Assembly (NCBI GenBank): GCA_951406725.2
Contig: OX597817.1
Coordinates: 116,932,001 to 116,996,000, forward strand
Direction: 5' to 3'
Length of the DNA: 64,000 nt
Origin: Octopus vulgaris
Taxonomy: Eukaryota
Part shown: piece by piece, positions 1-14,398 of the stretch
Position numbering within the stretch: the first letter of the stretch is position 1
How the letters are laid out: the number at the start of each line of letters is the position of its first letter
Notes under the pieces: generated by a model
The model's database searches: none
The model's input: only the letters and a program-made list of their open reading frames with translations
What the model was told of the DNA's origin: nothing
Position numbers and translations under genes: made by a program

Positions 1-252
1 TTAAATACTTACATTCACACACTGAATAACCATTGAATGATATTCTCACTCTGAGCTATGTTCTCATATATTTCATATTTCAATATTCAGTACTTTAAAT
101 TCTTTGTTTTTTTAAATTATAAATCTGTTCTTTCTTTAATCAATTCCTACACTGTTTCTTCTGGTATTTTTCTGTTTCTGCTTTCAAGAGTACCAAAGTC
201 AGAAACGTTTTTGCGGTGATATTCTCTTTTATTACGCTAAGTTTATATAGAA

Positions 253-610
253 CTAGCAGTATCGCGCGGCGTTGCTCGGGTTTGTAAGGGAAATAACTAT
301 ATAAGCATTTTTAGAGAGTTATAGCAAAAAGATGCATTAAAAATGGAATAAAAAATGATGGTATTTTTTTTTAAATCGTTGACTCATCGTAGACATTTTT
401 AGAGAGTTACTTCCCTTATATAATAGCGAAAAATACATTAAAATGGAAAGAATGATGGTAAATTTTTTTTTAAATCGTAGACTCATCTATATGAATCACG
501 ACTATAAGATATCCGTTTTTGGTTAAACTGCACCGCAAAATGTGGGAGTAGTTAGGAATCTAAATCGTAGGAGACAGACACTCACACAACTTCACTTTTA
601 TATATATAGA
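253..610 (-). mobile_element. Non-autonomous Helitron
   Basis: Minus strand starts TCTATATATATAAAAG and ends CTAG. Subterminal hairpin CCCGAGCAACGCCG(C)G; inserted between A and T. Internal ~95-bp tandem subrepeat. Homologous to 7042-7436. Confidence 0.8.
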
Positions 611-3600
611 TTAACAGTACCTCGTCCTTTGTATTTTAAGCTCCTTTTCACTAGATATTAACACATATATATGTATAAATGAATTCATTCATTATATATA
701 TGCGCGTGTGCCTGTGTATGTGTATGAATGTGTGTCATATTAAATTTAATGTGGACGTATGAGGTAGTATAAATTTTTTTTGTGTATCCATATTTCTTTC
801 CTCAAGAATACGGAAATACTGAAATTCTGAAATACAGAAATGATGCAAATCTTTCCCAATTTTTATGTGAAACAGAAATAAAATATACATATTTACTTTC
901 ATAAATGAAACACATACATGTCACTCCGTTTAAAATTCAAGCATCATTTAATTTATAAGTTTCATTTCCAATCTATACAAGGCTTGTATTATTTCTGCAG
1001 TTTTCTATTTGCAGGTGAAAGATGCACATAATACATTAATAGTACCTCACAAACATCCTTTAATGTTAAGTATATTGAATATTTAATTATATAATCTGTC
1101 ATTTTTAAGTGCCTGATTGTATATAAACATATGCTTGCATATGATTAAGTACATTTATCTTCGGCGAACTCTCTAAAGTATATTAGATAAAGTTATAAAT
1201 TTTTTGAGTGCTACTTGGTAGTTTTGTTTCCATGTATATTATACATTTGTGTATGTGTTTGTGCGTGTGGTTGTCTGTGTGCGCGCCTTCATTAATCCAC
1301 ATTTTTTGAAAAGGTAATGATATTAAACTCATCGCACACACACACATACACGAACACACATTCACACACAGACACACAGAGACATACACACACACACACA
1401 TATATATATACAAGTATTTTATAAGGGAATATTACATGTTTATATATATCCACAGATATATATTAATAAGAAATCAACGTTGGAGAATCATATATACATT
1501 TATTTATATACTCCATATGCTTCTTAATCTATAGTATAAACCAACCCACATAGAATACAAACTGTGTTTCAAACGGATTTGAAGCTAATTGAAAATGGTG
1601 AGGTGTTGCTCGTAAGAGGAAACGAAATATATAGCAACACAGTACAGCTGATGTATAAAAATGTAATACTGGCAATCGCGAAGTCGTCTCTGAATTCGCT
1701 TTTCCAACTAGAAATAACAAATGTTTCCTAAACCATTACATCTCAACCTATCACTAATTTAAGGATAATTCAATATTCTATGCCTCCAGCCTTGTTTCTC
1801 GGTCCTTCGTCAATGTCTCACCTCACCTTTTATCATTATCTGCTTAGTCCCGTAAATTTCTCCCAGTTCCATCTTCCTTCAAAACAACTTCTCTGGGAGA
1901 TCATTGTTGACTTGCTTCTAGCATTAAAAGTTGCTTCAATGATCTGTTTCTAGCATTAAAGTTGCTGAAATGACACATCTGCTTACATAACGGTAGATAT
2001 ACTACGTAGGACAATATAGTTCTTGATACAACTAAAAGGATTTCAATGTTTTTCATATAATTACTTTATCTAAGCTGGCTAGTAGTTAAAAATACATCTT
2101 CGTAAGGTGCCTTAGTAGAACTGCTGGGATTGCTTTCAGTTCGAGTATATTTTTATCATAATTAAACTAACTTTTTTTGTACATTCACAGATGTAGTTAA
2201 TTGTTTGAAAGATATACGCAAGCTGGAAGAATTTCGGAACTTAAAAGATACGGAATTTATTACTGAATTTCAAAATACTCATTGTAGTATATTTCGTTTT
2301 GTTTTGATTTTTTCACAAATCAAACAACAATGATTTTATTGTACATGTAAAACATGTACATTACATGTGTCAATGAAAAACGAGCAAACAAATAGTTCTT
2401 CAAATTATATTGGTATAATTAATTTTCATAAGGCCTGTGTTCAAAAATATTTGCATGTGTTCTTATTTATTTCTGTAACAACAATCAACGTTAGCCACTT
2501 GCTGTATTGGCTTTCAGAACGATTTTGTCATTCTATTCAATAGTTCCTTCTATCGAAAATTATGTAATGCACCGTAATTTCTGCTTATGAGGAGAGGATG
2601 ATTAAAAAATAACAAACAAAATGGTATTCAACATTTGAAAATTAATCGATATAATAGCCATTAGTAGCGAAAGTATTTCCTTACGATTCAATATCCTGGT
2701 AAAATTACAAAATGAAAATCTTTGGAATTTTAAAAATTCAATGTTTTAGGAATGTAGCATTTTATTAATAGCTTTGTTATTATCAGTTCAATTGAATAAT
2801 CTAAATATAACAAATACTGTTAGTTATTCAAGCATTCTGTTATTATATATTGGAAACAGAAATTGTTAGATGCTATGTTCATAACAATTAATAGATAATA
2901 TGTACAAAGGAAAGTATATAAACAGTAGGCAATATGATTCGAGATATATTCACACAATGTATCAATACATCCCTATTTATTTAATGAAGGTTACTCTAAA
3001 TGCAGAATTTCGAGATTAAACGTTAACTAGGTGAAGGATGCTTTCTTTGTGCTGTTATCAAATATTAAAGAGAAACATGCACAAAACATTTGATTTTGAA
3101 TGGATTAATGTTATTCTGTTAATTGTTATTTTGTTTTAGAAGCTGCTAAGTTTTATTTCATCAAATGAGTAAATGAGTTATATTCAACGAACATTTCTTT
3201 AAAGATAAGTAAACCGCGCTCATCTAAGCTATAATCATCCTGCATGTACATATGTCTGAAACGATATGCATCGCAGTCAAGGTTATAAGAAAAATAGACA
3301 TAAGTAATTTATACAATAGAGGTAGAATACATGAGAGGACCATTTTCCCAGCTGTAGCTCGTTTAAGCGAAGGCTTTATAATGTAATCGGTTTGGTTATT
3401 TGTACATTTTCACCAGAGAGCATTGCATTCGTTGTTTTCATATCCGAAAAGAATCTCATATATGTTTATGAATATGTATGCATGTACACACATACACACA
3501 TATGTTATTGGAGTCTCCTGTCCGCGGTGATATATGAGTGTCTAGCATCAAATATTATAGCCGTTATATCACACACACACACACACACACATACGAACAC

Positions 3601-3904
3601 ACACTCACACGCACATACACAAATACACACACACACACACGCTCAAACACACTCGTTTTGTATTCAGAAGTAATGAAGGCCTGTGTAATATTAAATACAT
3701 ATTTAGAAAAGCTGATATTAGAAAATTTGTGCGTATGTTCGCCATAAACTCAATAAACAAAATACACGAGTCCAATTCTATTTGAAATCCCTGCACCCTG
3801 AGTTAGTTGTCTCCAGCACGCGCTTAGACTCCAACTCACATTTGTAGACATCAAACGAGAATATTTTAAGTCTGCACACACACACATATCAACACACACA
3901 AATG

Positions 3905-3936
<32 letters not shown>

Positions 3937-3969
3937 TGTATGTATGTATGTATGTGTATGTATATATAT

Positions 3970-4762
3970 AATTTTAAGTTTAAAATAAGGGTGAGAAATT
4001 AGATATTAATTTAACATCGATGTCACACCAGTGGTCTTGCAAAAAAAAAAACTGAAGGTTCAGTAAAACTGTATTATATATATATTAGAGGGAAACCACT
4101 ATGTGGACACCCATATGCTAGAAATAGATCCGCTACGGTCTCACCACCAAGAAATGTTCTAAAGAAAATTTAGCAAAACAACCAAAACGTAATCGAGCAA
4201 GACAAAAAAAAAGTAATAAAAATACGGATTATTCGTATACATGTTTCACTATCAGCAAATTACGCAATTTTACTTACGTAATTGTCCGTAGACCACCGGT
4301 ACGACCGTCCAAGGTGAATATAATTTGCAGGACTGCATACTAAGACGTTCACACAGAGTCAGACCTGTAAAACAGTCCTACCCATTACACTCGTTGCTAC
4401 TATTTCAAATTTCCTCATTTTGGCGCGCTAAATTTCCGGACAAACTGATGCTGCAGATAATACTTTACTACAACGGCCTTTGCCGGTTAGAGAATTTATT
4501 AATTTAATTTTAAATTTAAAATAAGGGTGAGAAATTAGATATTAACATAATTAACATCGATTTCACACCAGTGGTCTAGCATAAAAAAACTGAATGTTCA
4601 CTAAAACTGTATTATTTAGAGGGAAACCACTATGTGGACACCGATATGCTAGAAATAGATCCGTTACGGTCTCACCACCAAGAAATGTTCCCAAGAAAAA
4701 CTTAGCAAAACAACCAAAACGTAATCGAGCAAGACAAAAGAAAAAGTAATAAAAATATAGAT
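3970..4762. repeat. Small element with ~255-bp direct repeats (pseudo-LTR-like), abutting (TA)n
   Basis: 3970-4229 and 4506-4762 are close direct copies. The first begins right after a (TATG)n/(TA)n tract. Confidence 0.8.
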
Positions 4763-4954
4763 AAGCCTCCTGTTTGAGAAACACTGATTTAACCTAAATT
4801 TTAGACACCAGCAAAGGAAGAAATAAAGATAGACTTTTTTCTATTCCAAAGAAAAACGATTTTATTCACACAAATATGCAACCGAAGAGTTTAAAGTACC
4901 ACCGATAGCTTCGAGGATTGGTTAATCCTATTATTTGTGCTCCTTAAAGCTGCG

Positions 4955-5165
4955 ACCTGGCTGAATCGTTATCACGACGGGCAAAATTCTTAGCGGCATT
5001 TCGTCTCTGTTTACGTTGTGCGTTCAAATTCCGCCGAGGTCGACTTTATATTTAGTCCTTTCAGGGTCAATAAAATAGGTACTAATTCGAGTTCTAAGGT
5101 CGATGTAATTGACTAGATCCCCAACCCAAAATTTCAAGCCTTTTTTCCAAGGCAGAAAGGATTAT
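4955..5165 (+). mobile_element. tRNA-derived SINE (family A)
   Basis: A-box-like TGGCTGAATCGTTA, B-box GTTCAAATTCC, central GCCGAGGTCGACTTT..TCCTTTCAGGGTCAATAAA. Shared with at least 8 other copies in the window. Confidence 0.8.
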
Positions 5166-5389
5166 TAATGTTCCTTAAATTTGTCTTGCTTGCTAAACTT
5201 AGTTCGGCCGTAGGCGGGTTGATTAGTCTGCATCTTGGTCTATTGTAAATGTCGGGTTTACGATCTTTTGATGAAATGAAAACTTCTCTCTTAGCTAGAT
5301 ACCCTAAACCTATAGGACCATTTTATTTCATAAGATACCATTTTGTTTCATAAGATTAGTTACAAAGAAGATTAAAAAAAAACAAACTT

Positions 5390-6320
5390 ATCGCCCTATA
5401 TGTCTCTTGTCTCACCTCTATCGGCTGTTTACAGAGGTCCTAGTCACCAGAATATCGAAAAACTGGACTACCAACGACCGAGAGGGCAAGCAGGTTTCCG
5501 TAGAAACAATAGTACGGCAGACTACATATTCACTCGAATACTGCTCATAGAATAAGTGAGTGAGTACATGTTACATCTGTGTATAGCTTTTGTTTATTTC
5601 GAAACGGTTCTTGTAGTGTTCAGATGACTGCAGTGTTGATATTCCTAAAAAGGCAAAGCGTCGAGCGACTATACATCAAACTGCTAAGAGATGCTAACTC
5701 TGTGTGCACAAGAGATATAGTCCTACTATGAGCACCAGTAAAGGTTCCATTTAGGAAATGTGTCAAGCAAGGAGTTAGCATCTCTCCAAAGTCGTTTACC
5801 TCATGTTTAGACATAGTCATTAGGGGCATTGGCTGGACAGGAAGCGTGAACTTCAAGGGTTGGGAACTAACACACTTCCGATTCGCAGAAGACGTTGTAC
5901 TCATCGCTAAAATGACAGATCAGCTGCAGACTATGTTGACAGCACAGAACACTCATAACTAAGCAGTAGACTTTAGAATGATCCGTATGGAAACAAAATA
6001 TACACAATCGGAAGACGAAGCACAAGGTCGAATTGAGATGAAAACCAATGAAATCGAGGAGTAAACAAGTACGGCAAATTAGGGCATAGAGTGAAATGGG
6101 TAGGATGGAAGCCGTTTATTTCAATAAAGTATGTGCTCAATAAAAAGTCAAACGATACCCTACATGAAAGACTCTTCAATAGCACTGTCGTATCTACACT
6201 TATATGCAAGTGAGCAGCGGGCGACTACGAAGAGGATAGATCCTCGATTCTCTATGACACAATGACCTATGGAAAGCATGGGAAGATACGTGCTAGTCTC
6301 ATATTTGCGCGATAATATTC
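5390..6320 (+). mobile_element. Degraded RTE-clade LINE reverse transcriptase fragment
   Basis: Frameshifted motifs RPRGQAGFRRNNSTADYIF, KCVKQGVSISPKSF and LTHFRFAEDVVLIA (FADD-like). Confidence 0.8.
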
Positions 6321-6402
6321 GAAATATGTATATATATATATATAGCAATACACACCCCCACGCCCCCCCCCAAATATATATGCGCATATATATATAGGTA
6401 TG

Positions 6403-6441
<39 letters not shown>

Positions 6442-6809
6442 TCTCGATACAAGGGCAAACAATTCAGGAGAAAAATAATTCCCGAAAAATTAATCTGCCA
6501 AGACGTTAATTTTGCTATCTGGTGCGTCTATTTAAAAAAAATGATAATAACAACAGGATCAATAATGTAGGCGATTTCAGGCCCACGAAAAGGATTAAAT
6601 AGTTGAAGGATTAAAATTAATCAAAATAATAGCAGTCAAAACTCGTATTGAAATCGCCAAAATACACCGATGAAGACTGTCGAAATCAACCGACGTTAGA
6701 TCACGTTAATAAAATTTACTAACGTACATTGAAGTATTTGGAATCACATGGACTGTTTTCTGCACTCGCAATAAATTTTAAATGTACGTTAGATTTTATT
6801 TATATATAT

Positions 6810-7019
6810 AATGTGACCGCGTGTGTACCGTTGGCGAATTTTTTCCCTCTGTCTTCCATTTCTCTGGATCTTTCCTTCTCCTATGTTTCCGACGAATAGC
6901 TCCGCTTGAAATGTTAAACCCTCCTTCTTTCCTTCTTTCCTGAGCGTCCAATAATACTATATTTGTTCCACGTCCTCGCGTTGTTGTGTTTTTTTGTGCT
7001 TTCTTGTTTGGATTAACCA
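6810..7019 (+). mobile_element. Short TA-flanked element carrying a degenerate minimal hammerhead motif (Penelope-type terminus)
   Basis: Bounded by (TA)n on both sides. 6885-6919 reads GTTT-CCGACGA-ATAGC-TCC-GCTT-GAA-ATGT-T-AAAC. Confidence 0.55.
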
Positions 7020-7041
7020 TATATAAATATATATATATTTA

Positions 7042-7436
7042 CTAGCAGTATCGCCCGGCGTTGCTCGGGGTTGTAAGGAAAATAACTATATAAGCATTTT
7101 TAGTGATGTAAAGTATAATAGCCATCTAAATATGGCTAACCACAAAGGGGGGTGTTACTGTAGCTTTTTATGTTCTGAGATATAATAATATATCTTTAAA
7201 GAGTTACTTCCCTTATATATGCCAAAAATGCATTAAAAATGGGAAAAATTGATGTTAAATTATTTTTAAAATCTTAGACTCATCGTAGACGAGCGCTAAT
7301 ACGCAGAAGGGCTCGATATGAATCACGACTATAAGATACCCGGTTTTGGTTAAACTGCACCGCAAACTGTGGGAGTAGTTACGAATCTAAATCGTAGGAG
7401 ACGGACAGCACACAACCTCTCTTTTATATATAAAGA
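7042..7436 (-). mobile_element. Non-autonomous Helitron (same family as 253-610)
   Basis: 5' TCTTTATATATAAAAG, 3' CCCGAGCAACGCCGGG hairpin followed by CTAG, A|T target site. Confidence 0.82.
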
Positions 7437-7463
7437 TATATATATATAATGATATAATGACAT

Positions 7464-8402
7464 AATGGAACAAGAACGTAACAGACGACAATAAAACATC
7501 CGGACAGTTAGATGATACAACGAAGGACAGAAAAAAACAAGGACGGGCCATTCAGAGCCTTCTATCGTCAGTCGAGCTCCAGATAATCTCTGCAGTTTCG
7601 GACGGTTATATTCGAGATTGCTCCACTCTGGCCGGCTCCAATAAAAACTAAGCTAAGAGAACTAGATCTTTTGAGGGAAAAAAGCAAAGAAATGTGTACA
7701 CCAAAGACGAAAAAACATCGAAATGTAGCACAATTACAAATAAAAACAACAGGACAATAACAACAGGCGCCTTTCGACTAATAAAAACGAATAAAGATAG
7801 CGTGTATGGAGTGATACCTTAAGGTAGGAACATAAGAGTTGAAACTCATGCAACATGCATGTAAGAGATGCTACGCAGATGGAAGTCGAGCCAAGTAAGA
7901 AAGGCCAGGCTTGCCCGAACACCGGTCACATGGAAGGAGAGGGGAGAGTTAGGGGCAGAGAGTTTGAAGAATTAGGGAGAGACGAGAAAGAAAGGAAAGA
8001 GTAATAGAGAAAGTACAAGGGAGGTAAAAGAGGAGGGAAAGTGATGAGAATGAAGGGAAGGACAAGAAGTGTGAGAGAGTGGGAACGAAAAAAGAGGAAT
8101 AAAAGGAGAAAGTATGAGGGATACTAAAAGAAAGAGTAAACGAGTCGTACAGAACTTAGATAATATACTTAATACAAAGGGATCAAAGTGTGCGTACGTC
8201 GCTTTATGTATATATAAGAAATGGAAGAAGGACGGAACAGATGACAATATAACATCCGGACAGTTAGACGATTGAACGATGGAGAGGGAAAAACAAGGAT
8301 GGGTCATTCAGAGCTTTCTACCGTCAGTCGAGTTCCAGATCTGCCCTGCAGTTTCGGCCGGTTACACTCGAGACTGATCCAGTCTCGCCGGCCCCAAGAA
8401 AA
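7464..8402. repeat. Two diverged direct copies (~180 bp) of a dispersed repeat
   Basis: 7464-7645 resembles 8220-8402 (ACATCCGGACAGTTAGA..CGTCAGTCGAG..CTGCAGTTTCGG). A third copy in the opposite orientation lies at ~24500-24600. Confidence 0.75.
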
Positions 8403-9300
8403 TATAAGAGCCTGATGACATTTTTGGGCAGTTGCTAATCTTGGATGCTATATTTTCCAAAAACATGTGCCGTTATCTACTGGTGTAGCATTCCAAGAGC
8501 TATGTGAAGTGGCGTTTACGAGATTAAGATTACCGTCTTCATGTCTTCGGGAAACATACCCATACCAGACACTTTTTCTGAGCGTTTTACATCCATGATT
8601 TCTTTGAACTTGTTAATCTGCCTGTTTGTGGTTCTAAAGGTGTTCATCAGAAAGATAATGTTTCCTGAACTGCTCGCTGATGATATACAGGATATTGTTC
8701 TCTTCACTTTTCAGCACTAATTTAAAGTATTAATTTTTGCTGCCGTTATTTTTGCTCCAGTATTCTTGATCTGTATGCGTAGGTATTCAATAACAGGAGA
8801 TATCTCTATATTGATTCCAGGACAGCCTTTTTTTCCGAATGACAATGTATGTACCCGATTATATATGTATAATAAGTGGAGGAAAACAACTGGAACAGAG
8901 ATTATTTTTAGAAACCCTCTAAAACAGGGTATGGAACCTTAGTATTGCAAACAAAAGCGCCATAAGAACTTCAGAATCACAAACATCAGTGAAATTGTGA
9001 TTAAGTTCTATGATTTAGCCATTTCGTCTTGCCAAAAATTAAAGGATATTTTCCATATCGTAATTTGGAGAGATTCCAAACATATTTCCTGATATCGTTT
9101 GCTATAACCATTGATCAGTAGATGTACTAATGTTAAATCTTATTTTTTAATCATTATTTACAACTTTAAATGTTAGTATGTATATATGTATGAATGCACG
9201 GGCATACACACTTACGCACACACATATATAGTCCCACAAATATATACACACGAACACACACACTTATACACACACATGCACACATAAACACGTACACACA

Positions 9301-9302
<2 letters not shown>

Positions 9303-9367
<65 letters not shown>
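9303..9367. repeat. (TA)n microsatellite (representative of many)
   Basis: Pure TA run. Similar tracts at ~9735, 10095, 17710, 18780, 20660, 22990, 27985, 31420, 41150 and elsewhere. Confidence 0.98.
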
Positions 9368-9373
<6 letters not shown>

Positions 9374-9731
9374 TTATGGGCAGGTAAGTTTTGTATGTAT
9401 AGTTTCTGAGCAGGTAAGTTTTGTATGTATTTGAAATAACAGCCTATTTTCATTATATGTCCATTGCGGTTAATATTTTAATATAGAAATGGTTCATACG
9501 AACATATATCATAAAAACCAATATATTCATCTTATACTGCTGCTCTCCAGCCACAAATATTTTTTTTTCTTACAAGACAAACTTCAAATAGCATACGTAC
9601 GCTAATATACAATAATGCGCCCATGTGTGTATAATATTTTGTATGTGCTTTCATAGTGCTGCATCTGTCCGGGAGTGAGAGGGTGTGCATGCGTATTAGA
9701 CACACATATATACATAAATAAGCATAAATAA

Positions 9732-9810
<79 letters not shown>

Positions 9811-10089
9811 TGTATGTATTCATGTATGTATGTATGTATGTATGTATGTATGTATGTATATGTTAATGATGCATAATATCTATAAAGCAAAAATCACTTT
9901 GCCATCTCAATTAAGGATATCGTGTTATTTGAAATATCTTTCCTGCAAGTTATTTTGATATTAACTTTAATTGACACAACATGAAAAATATTGCAATTCG
10001 TCTTGTAATTATTGGTTTCCTTTTAACATTAAAATAGCTGTAGGGTATATAATTCCTCTTTTGATTCTTATATATATACATACACATAA

Positions 10090-10152
<63 letters not shown>

Positions 10153-12509
10153 GTATATATGCATTGATACGTACATATTTTTAAAACATGCCTGTATGTA
10201 TGTATGCATATAATTTCGTTATCTTTGAATATCCAAGTCAAATACTTTTATCTTAATATATAGTCGTGATTTTCTATCACTTAGCATAATTACAGATTTA
10301 GAATTAATCTGGCAATTTCATTTCCCTTCTTACTTTTGTATATAAGTTGTTTATATTTCGAAGTATTTTTTTTTAAGCATTTAGTTAAACATTCTCTCAT
10401 TCAATAAATATGTTGATATAGAAAATATTTCATTTTTCTCTTTCGTTAGATCTGGCAAACTATATATTTTATCAAATTTGCTGTCAAAGGTAATTAATGC
10501 CGTAAGCACAATTAGGCATAAGTTTAACTACTATCCTTCATATGAAATATAATGATTTGAATATTATGATTGAGTCAAATCTATTTGGTTCCATGTCTCA
10601 TAACTCAGTGTAAGATTGAGAGTCAGAAATGTAGACGTCTATATCGAAAAATATCTAGCGCCTAGATTAAAATCTGTTCCTCTAACCAAGGAGTGATTTG
10701 GAATTTTTTTGGAAATTTATTGTCAGTTTTATCTATTATTACCGATTTGCTTTCCCGTTGTTATTGCAGCGTTTATTATCGTTATTGATGTTTATTTTAC
10801 TTATGATGTTTATCCCTGTCTAAGCCGCGACCAAGTTGGCTTGTGGTTAATAGTGCTCTTTTTTTTTAGAAAGGTGACTTTGTGTCACATATATATTTTT
10901 AAATGAAGTGAGCGGAGTGTGTTTTGTGAACAGCTGAGGTATTAATAACTGGTGCGATAGCCTCGTATTGAATCCTTTATCTCTCCTTTGCTATTTCTCT
11001 TACTTACTGTGAGAAACTTCTCTTTCCAGTTGTACTGATCTATTTCCAGTTAAAATGTTATACCGAGAGAGTGACGTTATGTATATTTATCCTGATCGCA
11101 GCACAACGAATTACTGAAGCAGAACCTACAGTACGTAATACGATCAGCTCAAACAGTTGCAAGTTAATGTCAAAACCCGATAGAGTAATTTTATAATCAA
11201 TGTTACTCTATCCATGGGCATTCCATCTATTTTTCCGTGTTTGAATGATTATATCACCCAGTGGCTGGTCGTTTTATTGGTAGATTGTGTTTGGATGTTA
11301 ATTTCTCTGCTATTCATAACAAATTTAGCAACTGCACAGAGGGATTCCAATTTGTTCCATCGATGTTGGTCTGATATATGTGTGTGTGTGTCTGTGTGTG
11401 CCTCTGTGTGTGTGATCATATATATATATATATGAGTGTGTGTGTGTGTGCTTGCTGCTATTTGTGGGTATGTTTGCGTGTTTATATGTGTGTGTCCAAA
11501 TATGATTGTGCACGTTTATTTGTTGATTGCAGACATAAGCAAATACATAAATGCATTAGCATCTATCTTACTTACATTTCAGATTTCTTTCCATTCATGC
11601 ATGCTTATAAGAAACGTTTTATCTCTCAATTTTTCTTTAGAAAAATGGAATATTATTTTAGAAGATTTTTTTTCACCTTCTGGGGAAATAAAACGCACAA
11701 ATGTAGCCACTAACAGATCCCAGATGCTGATGTTTCATCTACACCAACAGTCAGAATTCCTGAAATAGAAGATGAGAAGAGTTTGTGTTCACACTCAGAA
11801 GCTAAAATATCGAAGCCCAATCTCCAGTCCCCTGGCGATGATGTGGAGCAGTTTAAGGCTGGACAACTGTGTCAGTCCGTTACATAGACCAAAATATGGT
11901 CGAAGGGCGGAAGCAAAATACACGAAGATGACCTCGCTACTCAGTCCAAAGAAACAACATGTGACCCACCGATAGTAAATGACTGTTTAGAAACGTGCTA
12001 ACGGAACGGCTTACTGTATATGAAAGAAAGCTAATAGCTGATTTACGAAAGAGAAGCAACTACTAGGATGATTAATAGCAATATAAAGTAGGACGCTGAG
12101 GACGTGTACAGATATTACCATCGCCTTAAAAGAAGTTTCACGGGAATATATTTTCATATGCTCGCAGTTTCATTACAATGAGTGAGAGGCGAACCGAATC
12201 AGAGGTTATTCTGGACCAGCATGTTTTGGAACTTCGCATTCGTCTATCAGTGGGATATTCTAAATACTGTTAATTCTTTAACCTTTATAATTATATTTTT
12301 CTAAATAATCATTTTGTAATTTATTATCGTTCGTTCGGCTAACAAAGTGTTTATAAAAATGTTAACTTCCCTTATTTGCTGAATAACGTCTCAAGAGTTC
12401 ACATCTATTTAATATAATCTTATTTTGTTAGTCCTTACATGCATATCAAGCTTAAGTATATTTTTTATTCTATGAAAATGTACTTAGTGCAAATATGCTA
12501 CTGCAGCCG

Positions 12510-12510
<1 letters not shown>

Positions 12511-12584
<74 letters not shown>

Positions 12585-12605
12585 TCACCACCACCACCAC
12601 CACCA
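12511..12605. repeat. (TAC)n/(CAC)n microsatellite
   Basis: Direct inspection. Confidence 0.97.
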
Positions 12606-12609
12606 AAAT

Positions 12610-13445
12610 GAAGAAGATGAAGTTAGTGCCAATTATTATTGTGTTCTTGAGAACAGTATCAGAAGGTATTAAGGAGTGCATAAAGGCGATTGGAATAAAG
12701 TGTCCAGTAGAACTGTTAGCAAAGGTTTGCAAAGTGACACAGACAGACTATATGTACCAAGAAAAAGAGGTGTGGATGGGGACTTATTGAATGTGAACGC
12801 AGCATTAAAACAGAAGGAAACAACATAGCATGATATGAAAAAATGTCACAGAGCCGCTATTATTAGAAGTAAGAAGGTCAGGCTTGTGTACGATGACAGA
12901 TATCAAAGATAAAGCACCGTACAAAACGATTGAAACTGAAAATAGGTGGGTAAAGAAAAGAATGGACAATTTCACAGGGATATTGAATATAAGACAGACA
13001 GAGACAAAAGATGGCTGTTCGAAAACAATAGACCAGACATAACAATTTTAGATAAGGAAAAGCTAAGTTGCTTACTGATCATACCCGTTTGATTCCAGAA
13101 TCGTAAAGTAAGAGAATGAAAAAATATGATCCCTTATAAACTAAAATAGTAGGGAATTGGTGGATGAGAACAGTAAATTCTGAGCCTATAATAATTGGTA
13201 TGTTGGGGACACTTAGCAAAGATATATACTTAATGAGATTTGAATAGAATCCCCGGTAGAGTTGCAATAGAAAATTTGTCTCTTAGGGATAGCAAGGATT
13301 ATCAGGAGTGTTCTGAGCACGCACTTGAAAGAAACATGGAAACTTGTGGCTACCTAAGATTATAGCTAGTAACCCGCTACACAGTTAAATTCTACCAGGA
13401 ATAAAACCGAACCAAAGCCAAACCAAAATAACAATCTATATAATA
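12610..13445 (+). mobile_element. Degraded R4/Dong-like RLE LINE, 3' fragments
   Basis: ENNRPDITILDKEK..LLI (PD..D restriction-like endonuclease), PIIIGMLGTL and ICLLGIARIIRSVL. Ends at TAATAA. Confidence 0.7.
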
Positions 13446-13755
13446 ACCTGCTTGTTCGTTTTCCCGTTATACATTAAGCGAGGTAAAGGAGGAGTATGTG
13501 AGAAGTGGAGTAAGCGTGAGAGAGAGAGAGAGGATGGAGTGAAGAAAGAAGAAGGGAAGAAGTAGAGAAATGGGATTAATATTAATACACTTAGGTAAAA
13601 TGTTCACGTCTTCAGCTGATAGAAAAAGACGACGAGAGAAAAACCGGGAGAGAGTAGTCTTAACGATGTGCGTTGCGGTGGAGAAATAATACTTATTACG
13701 TGGTTAAAAAGTTAGCTGAAGAGAAAGGTACAGTTATATCGAGCGAGAGTGAGAC

Positions 13756-13786
<31 letters not shown>

Positions 13787-14214
13787 TAGAGGGGGGCAGA
13801 TGGCATTGATAGCGGTGGTGTGCTGATATCAAAAAGTAATTTTTTTATTGAAGTATTTTTTAAGCGACAATAGCATACGCATGAGTGCTACTATTTATCG
13901 CCTGCTCGCTTTAAAAAAATATTTGTTTATAAGGGTTAATTTAGCTTAAACGCTGAATTCACAAGAAAAACGGTTGCAAGCTTCCCGAGAAAGGATGCGC
14001 ATATAGAGAGCGCGGAGTTAAGAGGAACAGTGAGAAAATATAATATAAAGAGGGAAAAGGCGACACCGAAAGGGACACGAGGAAATGAATGTAGATGAAG
14101 GTCAAGAATATTTTAAGAAAGCTAAAAATGCAAATCATCCTTTCTTTCTTAAACATGTCCTCTTAGGTTTTACCAATCCGTGGAATTTCCATGGGTCCCG
14201 CTAGTAATGATAAT

Positions 14215-14398
14215 AATAATTCTTTCTACTTCAGGCACAAGGCCTGAAATTTGGCAGGAGGAGACCAGTCGATTATATCGAACCCGAAAGGCTGAAAGAG
14301 AAAGTCGACCTCGGCGGAATTTAAACTCAGAACGTAGAAACAACGATATACAGCTAAGCACTTCGCGCATCGTGCTAATGGTTCTACCAGCTCGCCTT
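14215..14398 (-). mobile_element. tRNA-derived SINE (family A)
   Basis: Reverse complement begins AAGGCGAGCTGGTAGAACCATTAGCACG and contains GAGTTTAAATTCCGCCGAGGTCGACTTT. Confidence 0.8.

Noticed and set aside
8500-8830. Minus-strand RT-thumb-like relic (EYLRIQI)
   Set aside because: A single weak motif; cannot be classified.
9166-10213. ORFs with YIYI, HTHT, CVCV, poly-Y, poly-N or LSIY runs (here and throughout)
   Set aside because: Translations of microsatellites, which lack stop codons. Not genes.
11717-11888. Possible host exon after TAACAG (IPDADVSSTPT...)
   Set aside because: Ends in a stop with no recognisable domain. The adjacent sequence recurs at ~15397, suggesting an old dispersed repeat.
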